The notes: generated by a model not told the origin, from the letters alone. 64,000 nucleotides of DNA from Subdoligranulum variabile (GCA_004554775.1 SFKI01000010.1:23184-87183); one strand, 5' to 3'. Counted from the first letter of the stretch, positions 44,072-53,203 are shown. Numbers and translations: made by a program.

Positions 44072-46042
44072 ATGCACAACACACCCAAACAATACCAAAC
44101 CGCCATTCGCGCGCCGACCCGCACCGACGGGCTGGCGGGCAGGCTTACCCTGGCCGACGGCGGCGTGATCCCGCTGGACGACAGCGCGGTCCTTGCCGGG
44201 TCGGTCTGCGTGGACAACCAGTGCGTGTCTGGGCAGGAGCTGGCGTTCGGCGGGGTGTACATGGGGCAGGCGTCGCTGCAGCTGCGTACCGAACTTTCGA
44301 GTGCTGCTTTCTACGATGCAGCGCTGGAAATTGACTACAAACTTCGCCTGCCCGACGGCAGCTGGTACACCCTGCCCGTTGGCCGCTACACCGTCGCCGA
44401 GGCCGAGCGCAGCGCCGCCGTCGTCAGCCTGACCGCCTACGACCACATGCTCAAGCTCGAGCGGCCCCTTGCGGGCAGCGTCATCCAGGGCGACGCCTAC
44501 GCGATGCTGACCCAGATCGCCGAGACCTGCGGCGTCGAGCTGGGCCAGACCGAGGCCGAGATCCGCGCGCTTTCGCCCAACGCCGAACTGCTGCGCCAGC
44601 TGGACGCGGGCTACCATGTGTCCACCTGGCGCGATTGCGCGGGCGCGGTGGCGCAGCTGCTGGCCGGGTTTGCGACGTTCGACCGCCTTGGGCGGCTCGT
44701 CGTGCGGCAGTTTGGCGGGGCACCCTGCGCGACGCTTGGTGAAAACGCACGCACCAACGCGAAAATATCTGACTTCTCCTGCCATTATGCGGCGTTGACG
44801 ATCGAGACAGACGACGACAGCTACACCGCAGGCACCGAGGGCGACAGCGGCCTGGCCATGACCATCGCCGACATGCCGCTGGCCGAGAGCGGCCTGCCGA
44901 GCACGAAGCAGGGCATCTGCGACGCACTGTTTGCCCGGCTGCAAAATATGGATTATACGCCCATGACCGTGACGATGCCCGGCGACCCCGCGCTGGAACT
45001 GGGCGACCGGCTGACCGTGCCAACGAAGGACGGCGCGCCCCAGACGCTGGTGACGCACCTGGTCTGGAAGTTCCGCGGCACCCAGACGCTGAAGGGCGTG
45101 GGCAAGAACCCCTACCTGACCGGCACCACCCGCACCGACACGCGGCTGCGCAGCCTGCAAAAGCAGACCGCAGCCAACAAAGTCATCTACTACAGCTTTT
45201 CTAACGGGTCTGACCTGGTGGTGCGCGGCGACGGCGCGGAGATCAGCGCGGCCAATCTGACCTTTGTCACGACGCAAAACACCTCGGCGATGTTCCTTGC
45301 GCAGCTGCTGCTGACGGCGGAACCCGAGACCAAAACGGTTGACCTGCCCGTGACCAGCACCGACGAAACGCTGCCCACGGACGCTGCCGCCGCCCTGGAA
45401 CGCGATGCCGCGCTGACGCTGACGGTGCGGTATTACATGGACGATTCGCTCATCGGGACGTATGTTCCCACCCAGCGGCTGGTGCGCGGCAGCCACGCGC
45501 TGGTGCTGTTTTACCCGTTCCCGGATCTGCAGGGCGCGGCCAGCCACCGCTGGAGCGTGCGGCTGCTTTGCACCGGCGGCGTGGTCAGGATCGGCAAAGG
45601 CCAGCTGCGCGCGACCATCACCGGCCAGGGCATGGCCGCGGGCGACATCTGGGACGGCACGCTGACGCTGGAGGAGACCCTCGCCCGCGTGACCCGCCCG
45701 GCCAACCTGCGGCAAATCCTTGCAATTTACGGCGATGTTACGACGGAAATGCAAAGGTCCCTCGGCAGCACGGCGGCAGAGCGCCTCGCGCGCATCCCGC
45801 GCACAACGCCGCGCCGCGCCGTCAACGGGCAGGCCCCCAAGCGCAGCACGACCTACGCGTATTACGGCCTGCCGCTTGCCTTTGATGCCGATTTTGTGCA
45901 GCTGGATGCCGACGGCTGGCGGCTGCGCACAAGCTGGCAATACGACGCTGTACCGCAGGAAATCGACACAGGCACACTGCTGTGCGCAGCGGCAGATACG
46001 GGCAATTTGGCCGAAGTAAGCAAAATTGAGGTGAGTATATGA
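44072..46042 (+). CDS. Tail-associated (Tal-like) baseplate/tip protein (656 aa)
   Basis: Large ORF after the Dit slot, with an AAAGGAG RBS. Size and position are typical of siphovirus Tal or minor structural proteins. Confidence 0.65.
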   Translation: MHNTPKQYQTAIRAPTRTDGLAGRLTLADGGVIPLDDSAVLAGSVCVDNQCVSGQELAFGGVYMGQASLQLRTELSSAAFYDAALEIDYKLRLPDGSWYTLPVGRYTVAEAERSAAVVSLTAYDHMLKLERPLAGSVIQGDAYAMLTQIAETCGVELGQTEAEIRALSPNAELLRQLDAGYHVSTWRDCAGAVAQLLAGFATFDRLGRLVVRQFGGAPCATLGENARTNAKISDFSCHYAALTIETDDDSYTAGTEGDSGLAMTIADMPLAESGLPSTKQGICDALFARLQNMDYTPMTVTMPGDPALELGDRLTVPTKDGAPQTLVTHLVWKFRGTQTLKGVGKNPYLTGTTRTDTRLRSLQKQTAANKVIYYSFSNGSDLVVRGDGAEISAANLTFVTTQNTSAMFLAQLLLTAEPETKTVDLPVTSTDETLPTDAAAALERDAALTLTVRYYMDDSLIGTYVPTQRLVRGSHALVLFYPFPDLQGAASHRWSVRLLCTGGVVRIGKGQLRATITGQGMAAGDIWDGTLTLEETLARVTRPANLRQILAIYGDVTTEMQRSLGSTAAERLARIPRTTPRRAVNGQAPKRSTTYAYYGLPLAFDADFVQLDADGWRLRTSWQYDAVPQEIDTGTLLCAAADTGNLAEVSKIEVSI

Positions 46043-47127
46043 ACGTAACAAGCCAATGTGTGCAAACACAGAGCGGCACGAGCCTGACGGCGGAGCTTGC
46101 GGTGCAGGCCGGGCAGTGGGTGCTGGCGACCGTGACCACCCGCAGCGCCACGGCCTACCCCGACGGCTGGACGCTGGTGCATGAGAGTGCCGCGCTGAAC
46201 AGCAGCAACACCAACCAAAGAATGGCGATGCTATGCAAAAAAGCAGACGCCGACGGCACGGCGCGCTGCACCGTCACCCAAAGCAGCGCGGCGCGCATCT
46301 ACCTGAACCTCATCGCGTTTGCGGGCGACGACGTCGCGGGTTTTGCCTACTGCGAGGACAGCGAGATGCTGCAAAACAGCCAGTACAGCAGCTTCACCCG
46401 CCCGCGCCCGGCCGCCGCGCGCCTGGTGTGGGGGTGCTCGGCCCCGACGTGGCTCACCAGCCCGCGCAAAACCTGGACGTGCGGCGACCTGACGGCCATC
46501 AGCCTGCCGTACGCCAATCAGGCGCGCCAGGCGAATTTTATCGACACCGGCGAGGCCGACACCCGCACGTTTGTGCCGGATACCGACGCTACAGCGGCCA
46601 TTATTTTCTGCGTTGAGATTTTAGAGCCGACCGTTGCCTACCGCGAGCGGTGGCTCGTGCGCAGCGGCGGGAAGCTCTACAAGCCCGGGGACGCCGCGCT
46701 GACGCCGCTGGCCGATGCCGCGCTGACCGGCGCGCTGTTTTTGGAGCAGGGCAGCGAGCAGCCGCCCGACCCCGCCGCACTGGCCGCGCTGCCCAGCCCC
46801 GAAGTGCTGTACTGGAAGGAGGGCGGTGCGCCGCCGACGCTGCGCCTGACCGTACACGGCCTGCCCGCGCCGCAGACGCTGACTGCCGAGGTCGATATGC
46901 GCGATGCCGCTGGGCTGGCGGGCGTGCTGGCCGAGTTTGCGGGTGACGTGCAGATCACCTACACCGCCGACGGCACGCCCCACGGGCCGATGCCGCTGGC
47001 CGAGTTTGCCGCGCTTGACCCGGCTGCGCTGTGGGAAAGCATCGCTGCAACGCGAAAAATGCCCATCCGCCTGCAGCTGGCGGGCGGCGCTGTGCTGAAA
47101 AAGCTGAAGTTCACCTACGAAAGCTGA
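46039..47127 (+). CDS. Phage tail-tip hypothetical protein (362 aa)
   Basis: Start overlap (ATGA-type) with the upstream gene. Assignment rests on position in the tail module. Confidence 0.55.
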   Translation: MNVTSQCVQTQSGTSLTAELAVQAGQWVLATVTTRSATAYPDGWTLVHESAALNSSNTNQRMAMLCKKADADGTARCTVTQSSAARIYLNLIAFAGDDVAGFAYCEDSEMLQNSQYSSFTRPRPAAARLVWGCSAPTWLTSPRKTWTCGDLTAISLPYANQARQANFIDTGEADTRTFVPDTDATAAIIFCVEILEPTVAYRERWLVRSGGKLYKPGDAALTPLADAALTGALFLEQGSEQPPDPAALAALPSPEVLYWKEGGAPPTLRLTVHGLPAPQTLTAEVDMRDAAGLAGVLAEFAGDVQITYTADGTPHGPMPLAEFAALDPAALWESIAATRKMPIRLQLAGGAVLKKLKFTYES

Positions 47128-47138
47128 AAGGAGACACT

Positions 47139-48593
47139 ATGCCGATTCATGGCCACACCAAAATTGAACTGACGAACCAGACGACCGGCGAGGTCGAGGT
47201 CGTCGAGAAGGATAACCTTGTAACAAACGCTGTAGCGCAGATTTTCACCTCGTTCAACGGCGGCGCCAACCTGCGCACGGCCAACGCCGGCGGCGAATAC
47301 ACCGGCTGGGAGCTGCCCGAAAGCCTGTACGGCGGCCTGCTGCTGTACGACCGCGCGCTGGGCAGCGACCCCGACACCGTGTTTGCCCCGCCCGAAGCCC
47401 GGCTGGTGGGCACCGGCGTGCCGCGCATGTCCAATACCGGCAACGGCGTGCTGCGCGGCAGCTACAACAAAATTGAAAGCAACATCGACGTAAAAAACGG
47501 CGTTGTGACGTTTGTTTACGACTTTGCCACCAGCCAGGCCAACGGGGTGATCGCCTCGGTCTGCTTAACGCACCGCTACGGCGGCTACTTTGACGAGTCC
47601 GTCGCCGCGCTGGCCGAGGCCGACGGCGCGCGCTCGGGCCAGTACCAGTACAGCGGCCTGTTTGACGGCGCGAAGCCTTTCCCGCGTGCGCCCGGCCAGA
47701 GCGATACGACCTTGTTTGGCCGCCCGCTGTACGCCGACCCCGAGAGCGACGAGATGCTTTTTGCGGCGCTGGATGGCACCAATCTGGTGCTGCGCCACGT
47801 AACGGGTTTGACGACCGAGCTTGACCTGTTCAACCCGGTGGGGACGTCGCGGGTAAAAAACATCGAAACCATGGACATTTCTGACGTGATGTACGCCAAG
47901 GGCGACGGCTACTACACCGCCGTGGGTTACGATGCCGATGCCGACCAGATCTACGTCGTCAGCACCGAGTGCGCGCCGCTGAAGCCCACCGACCACATCC
48001 GCGTGCGCACCTACGACCGAAAAACGCGCGCGGCCAAGACCTACGAGTTTGCCAACCCCACCGGCGCGCAGCTGATGGGCGGTGTGGGCGGCGACACCCC
48101 GCTGCTGCGCAACACGGGCCGTGTGCTGGGCGGGTGCCTGTACGTGGCGGGGTATGTGTCCGATGTATCGTACTCTGCGCCCAAGCTGCAGCCGTTTTAT
48201 AAGATCCCGCTGGCCGACCCGAGCAAGGTGGAAAGCATCGACAACCATGGACTGATGTTGCCGATGATCCACGACGCGCACGACGGAAAGCTCTACTATT
48301 ACGGCAGCCTTTACGCAGGCTACGGCCGCGTGCTGAACACCGTGACGAAGGAAATATTGGCGATGGAGGCGTTCAACGATGCTGACCGCTACCCCTACTG
48401 CTGCGTGCCGGTTTTGGGCTGCCCGGTGGCACCGTTCATGCTGCAATACGCCTACCCCTCGGGCGAAGGGGAGCTGCGGCAGGGCATCCGCCGCAACTAC
48501 CTGGCCACCATCAACGACCTGGCCGCGCCGGTGGAAAAAACCGCTGATAAAACGATGAAAATTACCTATACACTGCGAAAGGCGGCGGAATGA
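47139..48593 (+). CDS. Phage tail-tip / possible receptor-binding hypothetical protein (484 aa)
   Basis: A GAAAGGAG RBS is present. It is the last structural ORF before the lysis genes. Confidence 0.55.
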   Translation: MPIHGHTKIELTNQTTGEVEVVEKDNLVTNAVAQIFTSFNGGANLRTANAGGEYTGWELPESLYGGLLLYDRALGSDPDTVFAPPEARLVGTGVPRMSNTGNGVLRGSYNKIESNIDVKNGVVTFVYDFATSQANGVIASVCLTHRYGGYFDESVAALAEADGARSGQYQYSGLFDGAKPFPRAPGQSDTTLFGRPLYADPESDEMLFAALDGTNLVLRHVTGLTTELDLFNPVGTSRVKNIETMDISDVMYAKGDGYYTAVGYDADADQIYVVSTECAPLKPTDHIRVRTYDRKTRAAKTYEFANPTGAQLMGGVGGDTPLLRNTGRVLGGCLYVAGYVSDVSYSAPKLQPFYKIPLADPSKVESIDNHGLMLPMIHDAHDGKLYYYGSLYAGYGRVLNTVTKEILAMEAFNDADRYPYCCVPVLGCPVAPFMLQYAYPSGEGELRQGIRRNYLATINDLAAPVEKTADKTMKITYTLRKAAE

Positions 48594-49222
48594 TGCCGGG
48601 CATTTTTACGGGCCGCGTGCAGATAAAATACCGCTATGGCCGCTACGGGTACACGCGCGGCGGCGGCAAGATCTGGCACGGCGGCATGGATATAGTCGGG
48701 TTGGATTCGACTGATATACGCATGCCGTATTATAAAGACAAGCGCATTGCCGGCACCGTGACCCGCGCGCGCCGCGTGACCGACCACAGCAGCAAAACGT
48801 GGGAATGGGGCTGGTACGTCTGCGTAAAACTGGACGCAAACCAGACGCCGGACGACGTGAATTTTTTGTACTTTTGTCACTGCCGCGAGCTGAAAGTGCA
48901 GCCGGGCGACCGCGTCGCCAGCGGCGATCTGCTGGCCGTGATGGGCCAAAGCGGCAACGCGGCGGGCGGCTACGACCACTGCCACCTGGAAGCACGCGCC
49001 ACGGCAAACGGCAAGGGGCTGGACCCCAGCCAGTACGCGGGCTGCCCCAATGCGGTGGGCGTGTACGGTGAGCAACCGAAAACAAACGATGAACCGATGA
49101 ATATGCAGCTTATCACGGTAGGCCCGGTGAGCCGCGGTGACGCCGACGCGGTCTACACGCTGTGCCGCAGCCGCGGGCTGGTGGACGCCGGTTTGTACAA
49201 AAGTGAATGGAGTGTTGGATAA
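48590..49222 (+). CDS. M23 family peptidase (phage endolysin candidate)
   Basis: HGGMD is the HxxxD motif and HCHLE is the HxH motif. The gene lies directly before the holin. Confidence 0.75.
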   Translation: MMPGIFTGRVQIKYRYGRYGYTRGGGKIWHGGMDIVGLDSTDIRMPYYKDKRIAGTVTRARRVTDHSSKTWEWGWYVCVKLDANQTPDDVNFLYFCHCRELKVQPGDRVASGDLLAVMGQSGNAAGGYDHCHLEARATANGKGLDPSQYAGCPNAVGVYGEQPKTNDEPMNMQLITVGPVSRGDADAVYTLCRSRGLVDAGLYKSEWSVG

Positions 49223-49665
49223 TGGAAAAGAAAAACGGGTTTTTGTACGCAAAAGCCGCCGTGGCCGCGCTGTGCGGGGCGTTTACGGCGGCGTTCGGCT
49301 GGTTGGGCTGGCTGGTGCTGGCCTGGGCGGTGTGCATGGCGCTGGACTGGCTTAGCGGCAGTGCGGCCGCCGCCAGCAAAGGGGAATGGTCCAGCGCCGC
49401 GGCGCGCGCGGGCATCTGGCACAAGGCGGGCATGGTGGTGGTCGTCTGCGTGGCGGCGCTGACAGACCTTGTTTTGTGCGTGGCTATGCAGAATTTGCCG
49501 GGATTTGATTTGGACGTTGATGGAGTGGTGCTGCCGGTGGTGCTGGTGTGGTACATTTTTACCGAGCTGGGCAGCATTGCCGAGAACGGCGCGGCAATGG
49601 GGGCACCGGTGCCGGGGTGGCTTTTGTCGCTTCTTGCAGAAGGCAAGGAGAAAGTTTCTAAATAG
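49222..49665 (+). CDS. Phage holin (toxin secretion/phage lysis holin family, TIGR01593-like)
   Basis: The product has multiple TM segments. The C-terminal motif IFTELGSIAENGAAMGAPVP is characteristic of this holin family. The start (TAATG) overlaps the lysin stop. Confidence 0.8.
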   Translation: MEKKNGFLYAKAAVAALCGAFTAAFGWLGWLVLAWAVCMALDWLSGSAAAASKGEWSSAAARAGIWHKAGMVVVVCVAALTDLVLCVAMQNLPGFDLDVDGVVLPVVLVWYIFTELGSIAENGAAMGAPVPGWLLSLLAEGKEKVSK

Positions 49666-49675
49666 CGCGTTCGGC

Positions 49676-50200
49676 GGCCCTGCCTACCTTGCGGCAGGGC
49701 CTTTTGTTAGAGGGCTTCTTCCGGGAGGTCTTCCTTTTTTGTGACCAAAAAAGGAAGCGAAAAAAGTCTCGCTGTTCCGAGGCAGCCGCTTGGCGGCGCA
49801 CAACGAGCGCCGCCATCCCGCAAAGCGGGCCCGCTCGTGCGCTACGCGCAATCCCCGGCCCAGGGGGCCCGCCCCCTGGGAACCCCAAAGGGGGGGGGTC
49901 GTTCGGCGGAAAAGCTAAAAAATGCAGGAGTGCTGCATTTTTCTTAACGCTTTTCCGCCGCCCGACAGATTGACCCCTCCGGGGCCAAATTTTGGTTGGC
50001 GTAGGGGCGGATTCTATATCCGCCCGGGGAGTTTGGCGGTGACGGTGATTCTTGCGGGCGAGCAATGCTCGCCCCTACGGTGACTAAAGGCTTTCCTTGA
50101 GGGGAGCCTTTAACTCTACGCCCCTAGGCCGTGCCCCGCGCCTCGGAAGTAGCGGGAGCCGCCCAAATAAAAAAGGGGACACCGCAAGGTGGTGTCCCCT
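49676..50200. repeat. Mosaic repeat block M14, between the phage lysis genes and the pilus cluster
   Basis: T hairpin GGCCCTGCC-TACCTTGC-GGCAGGGCC (49676-49701). D, F, C and y modules follow. A class-A GTAG-hairpin lies at 50001-50025 (+) and a class-B one at 50056-50078 (-). A w module follows. The inverted T is GGGGACACC-GCAAGGT-GGTGTCCCC (about 50175-50199). Confidence 0.88.
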
Positions 50201-50213
50201 GTAAAGCAGAATA

Positions 50214-50771
50214 TCAAAAATACTGTTCCAAATCCCGCTTGTCTGCCGAGCATTTCAGCGCGGCTTCTTTCGTGATCTGGCCGGCATCTACCAGCCGGGC
50301 CAGGTCGCCGTTCAGGCTGTGCATGCCAAGCGCGGCGCCGGATTGCAGCACGCTCGGGATCTGGAAGCACTTGTTCTCGCGGATGAGGTTGCACACCGCG
50401 TCGGTGCCTACCAAAACCTCGGTGGCGGCGCAGCGGCCGCGGCCGGTGGCAAGCGGCAGCAGCTGCTGGGTGATAACACCACGCAGCGTCGCCGAAATTT
50501 TCCCCTGCTGGTAAAACACGTTCACGCGGCTGCGGGTGCCGTCGGGCGCGGCGATGGCAAAATCCGCGTCCAGCCGGTGCAGATCCAGCGCTTCGCGGTG
50601 GGTTTCGTCCAGCGTGCTTTCGATCAGCGCTCAGGTCGCGTCGGCGTCAAACTGCACGGGTGCTTCCACCAGCACGCCGTCGATGCGGAACATCAGCGGC
50701 AGCCCCTGCGAAATGTGGATGTCGCTGGCGTTCCTCTGGCGGGCCAGCGCGGTCAGTTCGTGGATCTGCAT
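50214..50771 (-). pseudogene. pilT: pilT (twitching-motility ATPase) pseudogene: in-frame TGA plus internal deletion of the ATPase core
   Basis: The minus-strand ATG at 50771 gives MQIHELTALARQRNASDIHISQGLPLMFRIDGVLVEAPVQFDADAT, then TGA (50633-50631). The same frame continues ALIESTLDETHREALDLHRLDADFAIAAPDGTRSRVNVFYQQGKISATLR and joins directly to GVITQQLLPLATGRGRCAATEVLVGTDAVCNLIRENK... (the PilT C-terminus). No Walker A, Walker B, Asp box or His box segment is present. Confidence 0.85.
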
Positions 50772-50777
50772 ACGGGA

Positions 50778-52466
50778 TCACTCCTCATAATAGGTGATTT
50801 TCAGCAGCTCTTCGGGGGTGGTCACACCGCGCTGCACCAGCGCAACGGCGCTCTCCCGCAGGCTGCGCATACCCTGACTTTTACGCGCTGCAACGGTCAT
50901 TTCTTCCACGGTGGCTCCGTCCGCGATCATGCGGCGCAGCTCTTTGTTGATGACCACCATCTCATGGATGGCCACGCGGCCCTTGTAGCCGGTGCCGTTG
51001 CACTGCGGGCAGCCGGAGCCGCGCATGACAAACGGGACGCGCGGTCCAAGCAGCTCGGCTTCGGCCTCGGTCACGGGCATCTGCTTGGCGCAGGCCGGGC
51101 AGACGCGGCGCATCAGGCGCTGCGCCACCACACCGGCAAGGGAGTTGGCGATCATGTACCGCTCTACGCCCATGTCCTCCAAGCGGACGATCGACGATAG
51201 GGCGTCGTTTGTATGCAGGGTCGAGAACACCATGTGGCCCGTGATGGCCGCCCGCACAGAGATCGACGCGGTCTCGGCATCGCGCGTCTCGCCGACCATG
51301 ATGACGTCGGGGTCCTGGCGCAGCAGGGCGCGCAGGCCGCTTTCAAAGGTCAGGCCCGCCACGTTGTTTACCTGCGTCTGGTTGATGTGGTCGAGGTTGC
51401 GTTCGACAGGGTCCTCGATGGTCGAGACATTGACCTGCCGCTGCGCGATGGCTTGCAGCACCATGTACAGCGTGGTGGTCTTGCCGCTGCCGGTGGGGCC
51501 GGTCAGGTAGACGATGCCGTTGGGGCGGTCTAGCAGCGGCTTAAAGCGCGCGTAGGTCTCGTCGTCCATGCCGAAATGGTCGGCGTGCTCAATGCGGATG
51601 TTGGTGGCAAGCAGACGCAGCACGGCCTTTTCGCCGAACACGGTTGGTAAAATCGACACACGTACGTTGATATCCGGCCCGGTCTCAAGCCGCGCGCGGA
51701 AGTGCCCGTCCTGCGGGATGCGGTGCTCGGCGATGTCGAGGTTCGACATGATCTTGATGCGCGCGATCAGCGGCTGATGCAAAGCGCGCTGCAGCTGCAC
51801 GTAGTCGATGATGACACCGTCGATGCGCATGCGCACCTTCGTTTCGCCCTCGAACGGCTCGATGTGGATGTCCGAAGCGCCGGTGGTGGCCGCGCGCTGG
51901 ACCAGGCTGTTCAGCAGGCGGATGATGGGTGCGTCGGTATCGCCGCTCTCATCGGTCATGTCGATGGCAAATTCCTCTCTGCGTGCGGCGGCCATGTCGC
52001 TGCTGTTGGCCTTGCTGGCGGCCTTGCGGGCGCGCACCTCGGCGTAGTAATACTGGATGCTGCGGCGCAGGGGTTCCAGCTCGGCCAGCACGATCTCAGG
52101 CTCCAGGCTGGTCAGCTGGCGGATATCCTCGATGGCGTAGTAGTTCAGCGGGTCGTTGGCGGCAATGACCAGGCTGCGGCCGTTGACGGCGATGGGCAGC
52201 ATGTCGTACTTTTGCGCCAGCTCGTACGGGACCTTCTCAACGGCGGAAATATCGACGTTGATCTGTGCAAAATCAATCATCCGCAGCTGCAGGCGCTGGG
52301 CCAGGGCCTCCAGCACCTGGCGCTCGTTGACATAGCCAAGCTCTTGCAGCGCCTGGCCGACGCGCAGGTTTTTGTGCTCCTTCTGGTAGGCCAGGGCGGT
52401 TTGCAGCTGGTCGGGGGTGATGTAGCCGAAGTCGATCAGGACATCGCCAAGACGAATGTTATTCAA
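50778..52466 (-). CDS. pilB: Type IV pilus assembly ATPase PilB (GspE family)
   Basis: The N-terminal T2SSE_N-like region is LGDVLIDFGYITPDQLQTALAYQKE...LGYVNERQVLEALA. GPTGSGKTTTLY is Walker A. A tetracysteine motif (CPACAK...CPQCNGTGYKGR) is present. Confidence 0.93.
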   Translation of the reverse strand: MNNIRLGDVLIDFGYITPDQLQTALAYQKEHKNLRVGQALQELGYVNERQVLEALAQRLQLRMIDFAQINVDISAVEKVPYELAQKYDMLPIAVNGRSLVIAANDPLNYYAIEDIRQLTSLEPEIVLAELEPLRRSIQYYYAEVRARKAASKANSSDMAAARREEFAIDMTDESGDTDAPIIRLLNSLVQRAATTGASDIHIEPFEGETKVRMRIDGVIIDYVQLQRALHQPLIARIKIMSNLDIAEHRIPQDGHFRARLETGPDINVRVSILPTVFGEKAVLRLLATNIRIEHADHFGMDDETYARFKPLLDRPNGIVYLTGPTGSGKTTTLYMVLQAIAQRQVNVSTIEDPVERNLDHINQTQVNNVAGLTFESGLRALLRQDPDVIMVGETRDAETASISVRAAITGHMVFSTLHTNDALSSIVRLEDMGVERYMIANSLAGVVAQRLMRRVCPACAKQMPVTEAEAELLGPRVPFVMRGSGCPQCNGTGYKGRVAIHEMVVINKELRRMIADGATVEEMTVAARKSQGMRSLRESAVALVQRGVTTPEELLKITYYEE

Positions 52467-53188
52467 GATACCACACTCTCCTTATCGCAGAGGATGACGC
52501 TGAGCTGCACGGTAAAGGTGGCCGTGCCGGTGGTGGTGCCGCTTGCATCGGTGTAGGCGGCGTGGTCGATCTGGACGCTGCGCAGCTGCACCGACGGGTA
52601 CTGCCCGGCGAGGTCGTCGAGCATCGCGTAAAAGTCACTGTCGCTGCCCGTGCAGCGGAAGGTGACGGTGCAGGCTTTAAAGTAGTCGGCATTCGCGTAG
52701 ACGCGGGTCAGCGGCGGGGCCAGCTCCATCAGCACCGCGTTGGTGTCGGCGGTGGCAAGCGTCGGGTCTGAGGAGTCGATCTCGCCGGGCGCGGCGGTGT
52801 CCTCGGCCTTATCGCTGGCGGCGTAGCCGGTCAGGCTCTGGGTGTTGATGCTGCTGATCTCCAGCGAGAGCGGCGCAAGGTTGTGCCCGAGCTCCAGGTT
52901 GGAGACCAGCGTGTCAAGGTCGCTGCTGGAAAGCAGGCCGTAGTAGCTGGCGTTGGCCTGCTGCAAGGCGGCCCAGCTCTCGGTTTTGGCGGCGGCGTTG
53001 GTGCCGGACAGCGCGATGGTATCCTGCATGGCGATCTGCGCCTGCTGGGCATCGGCGAGGTCGGCGGCGGCCTGGTCGCTGGCCGACAGCGCGGGCATGA
53101 GCATGAATTGCACAAAAAAGAAGATAAAAGCAAACATACCTACGACATAAAGCAGCAGCTTGTCGCGGGCGGTGATCTCGGTAGTCAT
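52463..53188 (-). CDS. pilO: PilO-like pilus assembly protein
   Basis: An N-terminal TM segment (LLLYVVGMFAFIFFFVQFMLMP) is followed by a coiled region. The gene lies between the pilN-like gene and pilB and overlaps the pilB start. Confidence 0.55.
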   Translation of the reverse strand: MTTEITARDKLLLYVVGMFAFIFFFVQFMLMPALSASDQAAADLADAQQAQIAMQDTIALSGTNAAAKTESWAALQQANASYYGLLSSSDLDTLVSNLELGHNLAPLSLEISSINTQSLTGYAASDKAEDTAAPGEIDSSDPTLATADTNAVLMELAPPLTRVYANADYFKACTVTFRCTGSDSDFYAMLDDLAGQYPSVQLRSVQIDHAAYTDASGTTTGTATFTVQLSVILCDKESVVS

Positions 53189-53203
53189 AAGCGTCCCTCC
53201 CTG

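Larger units (their letters stand above)
31240..49670. mobile_element. Siphovirus-type prophage remnant or phage-derived particle module (replication ATPase, late regulator, packaging, head, tail, lysis). No integrase or repressor seen
   Basis: Contiguous phage gene order: AAA_25-like ATPase (-), sigma-r4-like regulator, terS fragment, PBSX-type terL, portal, capsid, connectors, major tail, chaperone, Gp15, tape measure, Dit-like, Tal-like, two tail-tip ORFs, M23 lysin, holin. Boundaries are approximate and no att sites were identified. Confidence 0.8.

Noticed and set aside
44024-46069. A 681-aa minus-strand ORF opposite the Tal-like phage gene. Similar shadow ORFs occur at 39533-40969, 40970-42175, 11012-12382 (+), 14315-15688 (+), 5433-6929, 7241-8341, 8193-9176, 20527-22095 and 54336-54971.
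   Set aside because: All are antisense to genes with clear family signatures or operon context. They lack RBSs and show the biased Arg/Ala/Gly/His/Gln content typical of the non-coding frame in GC-rich genes.
50631-50633. The in-frame TGA in pilT as a selenocysteine or read-through codon.
   Set aside because: I could see no SECIS-like hairpin immediately downstream. The position is not a catalytic Cys/Sec site in PilT. The same gene also lacks its entire ATPase core, so a pseudogene is the simpler explanation.
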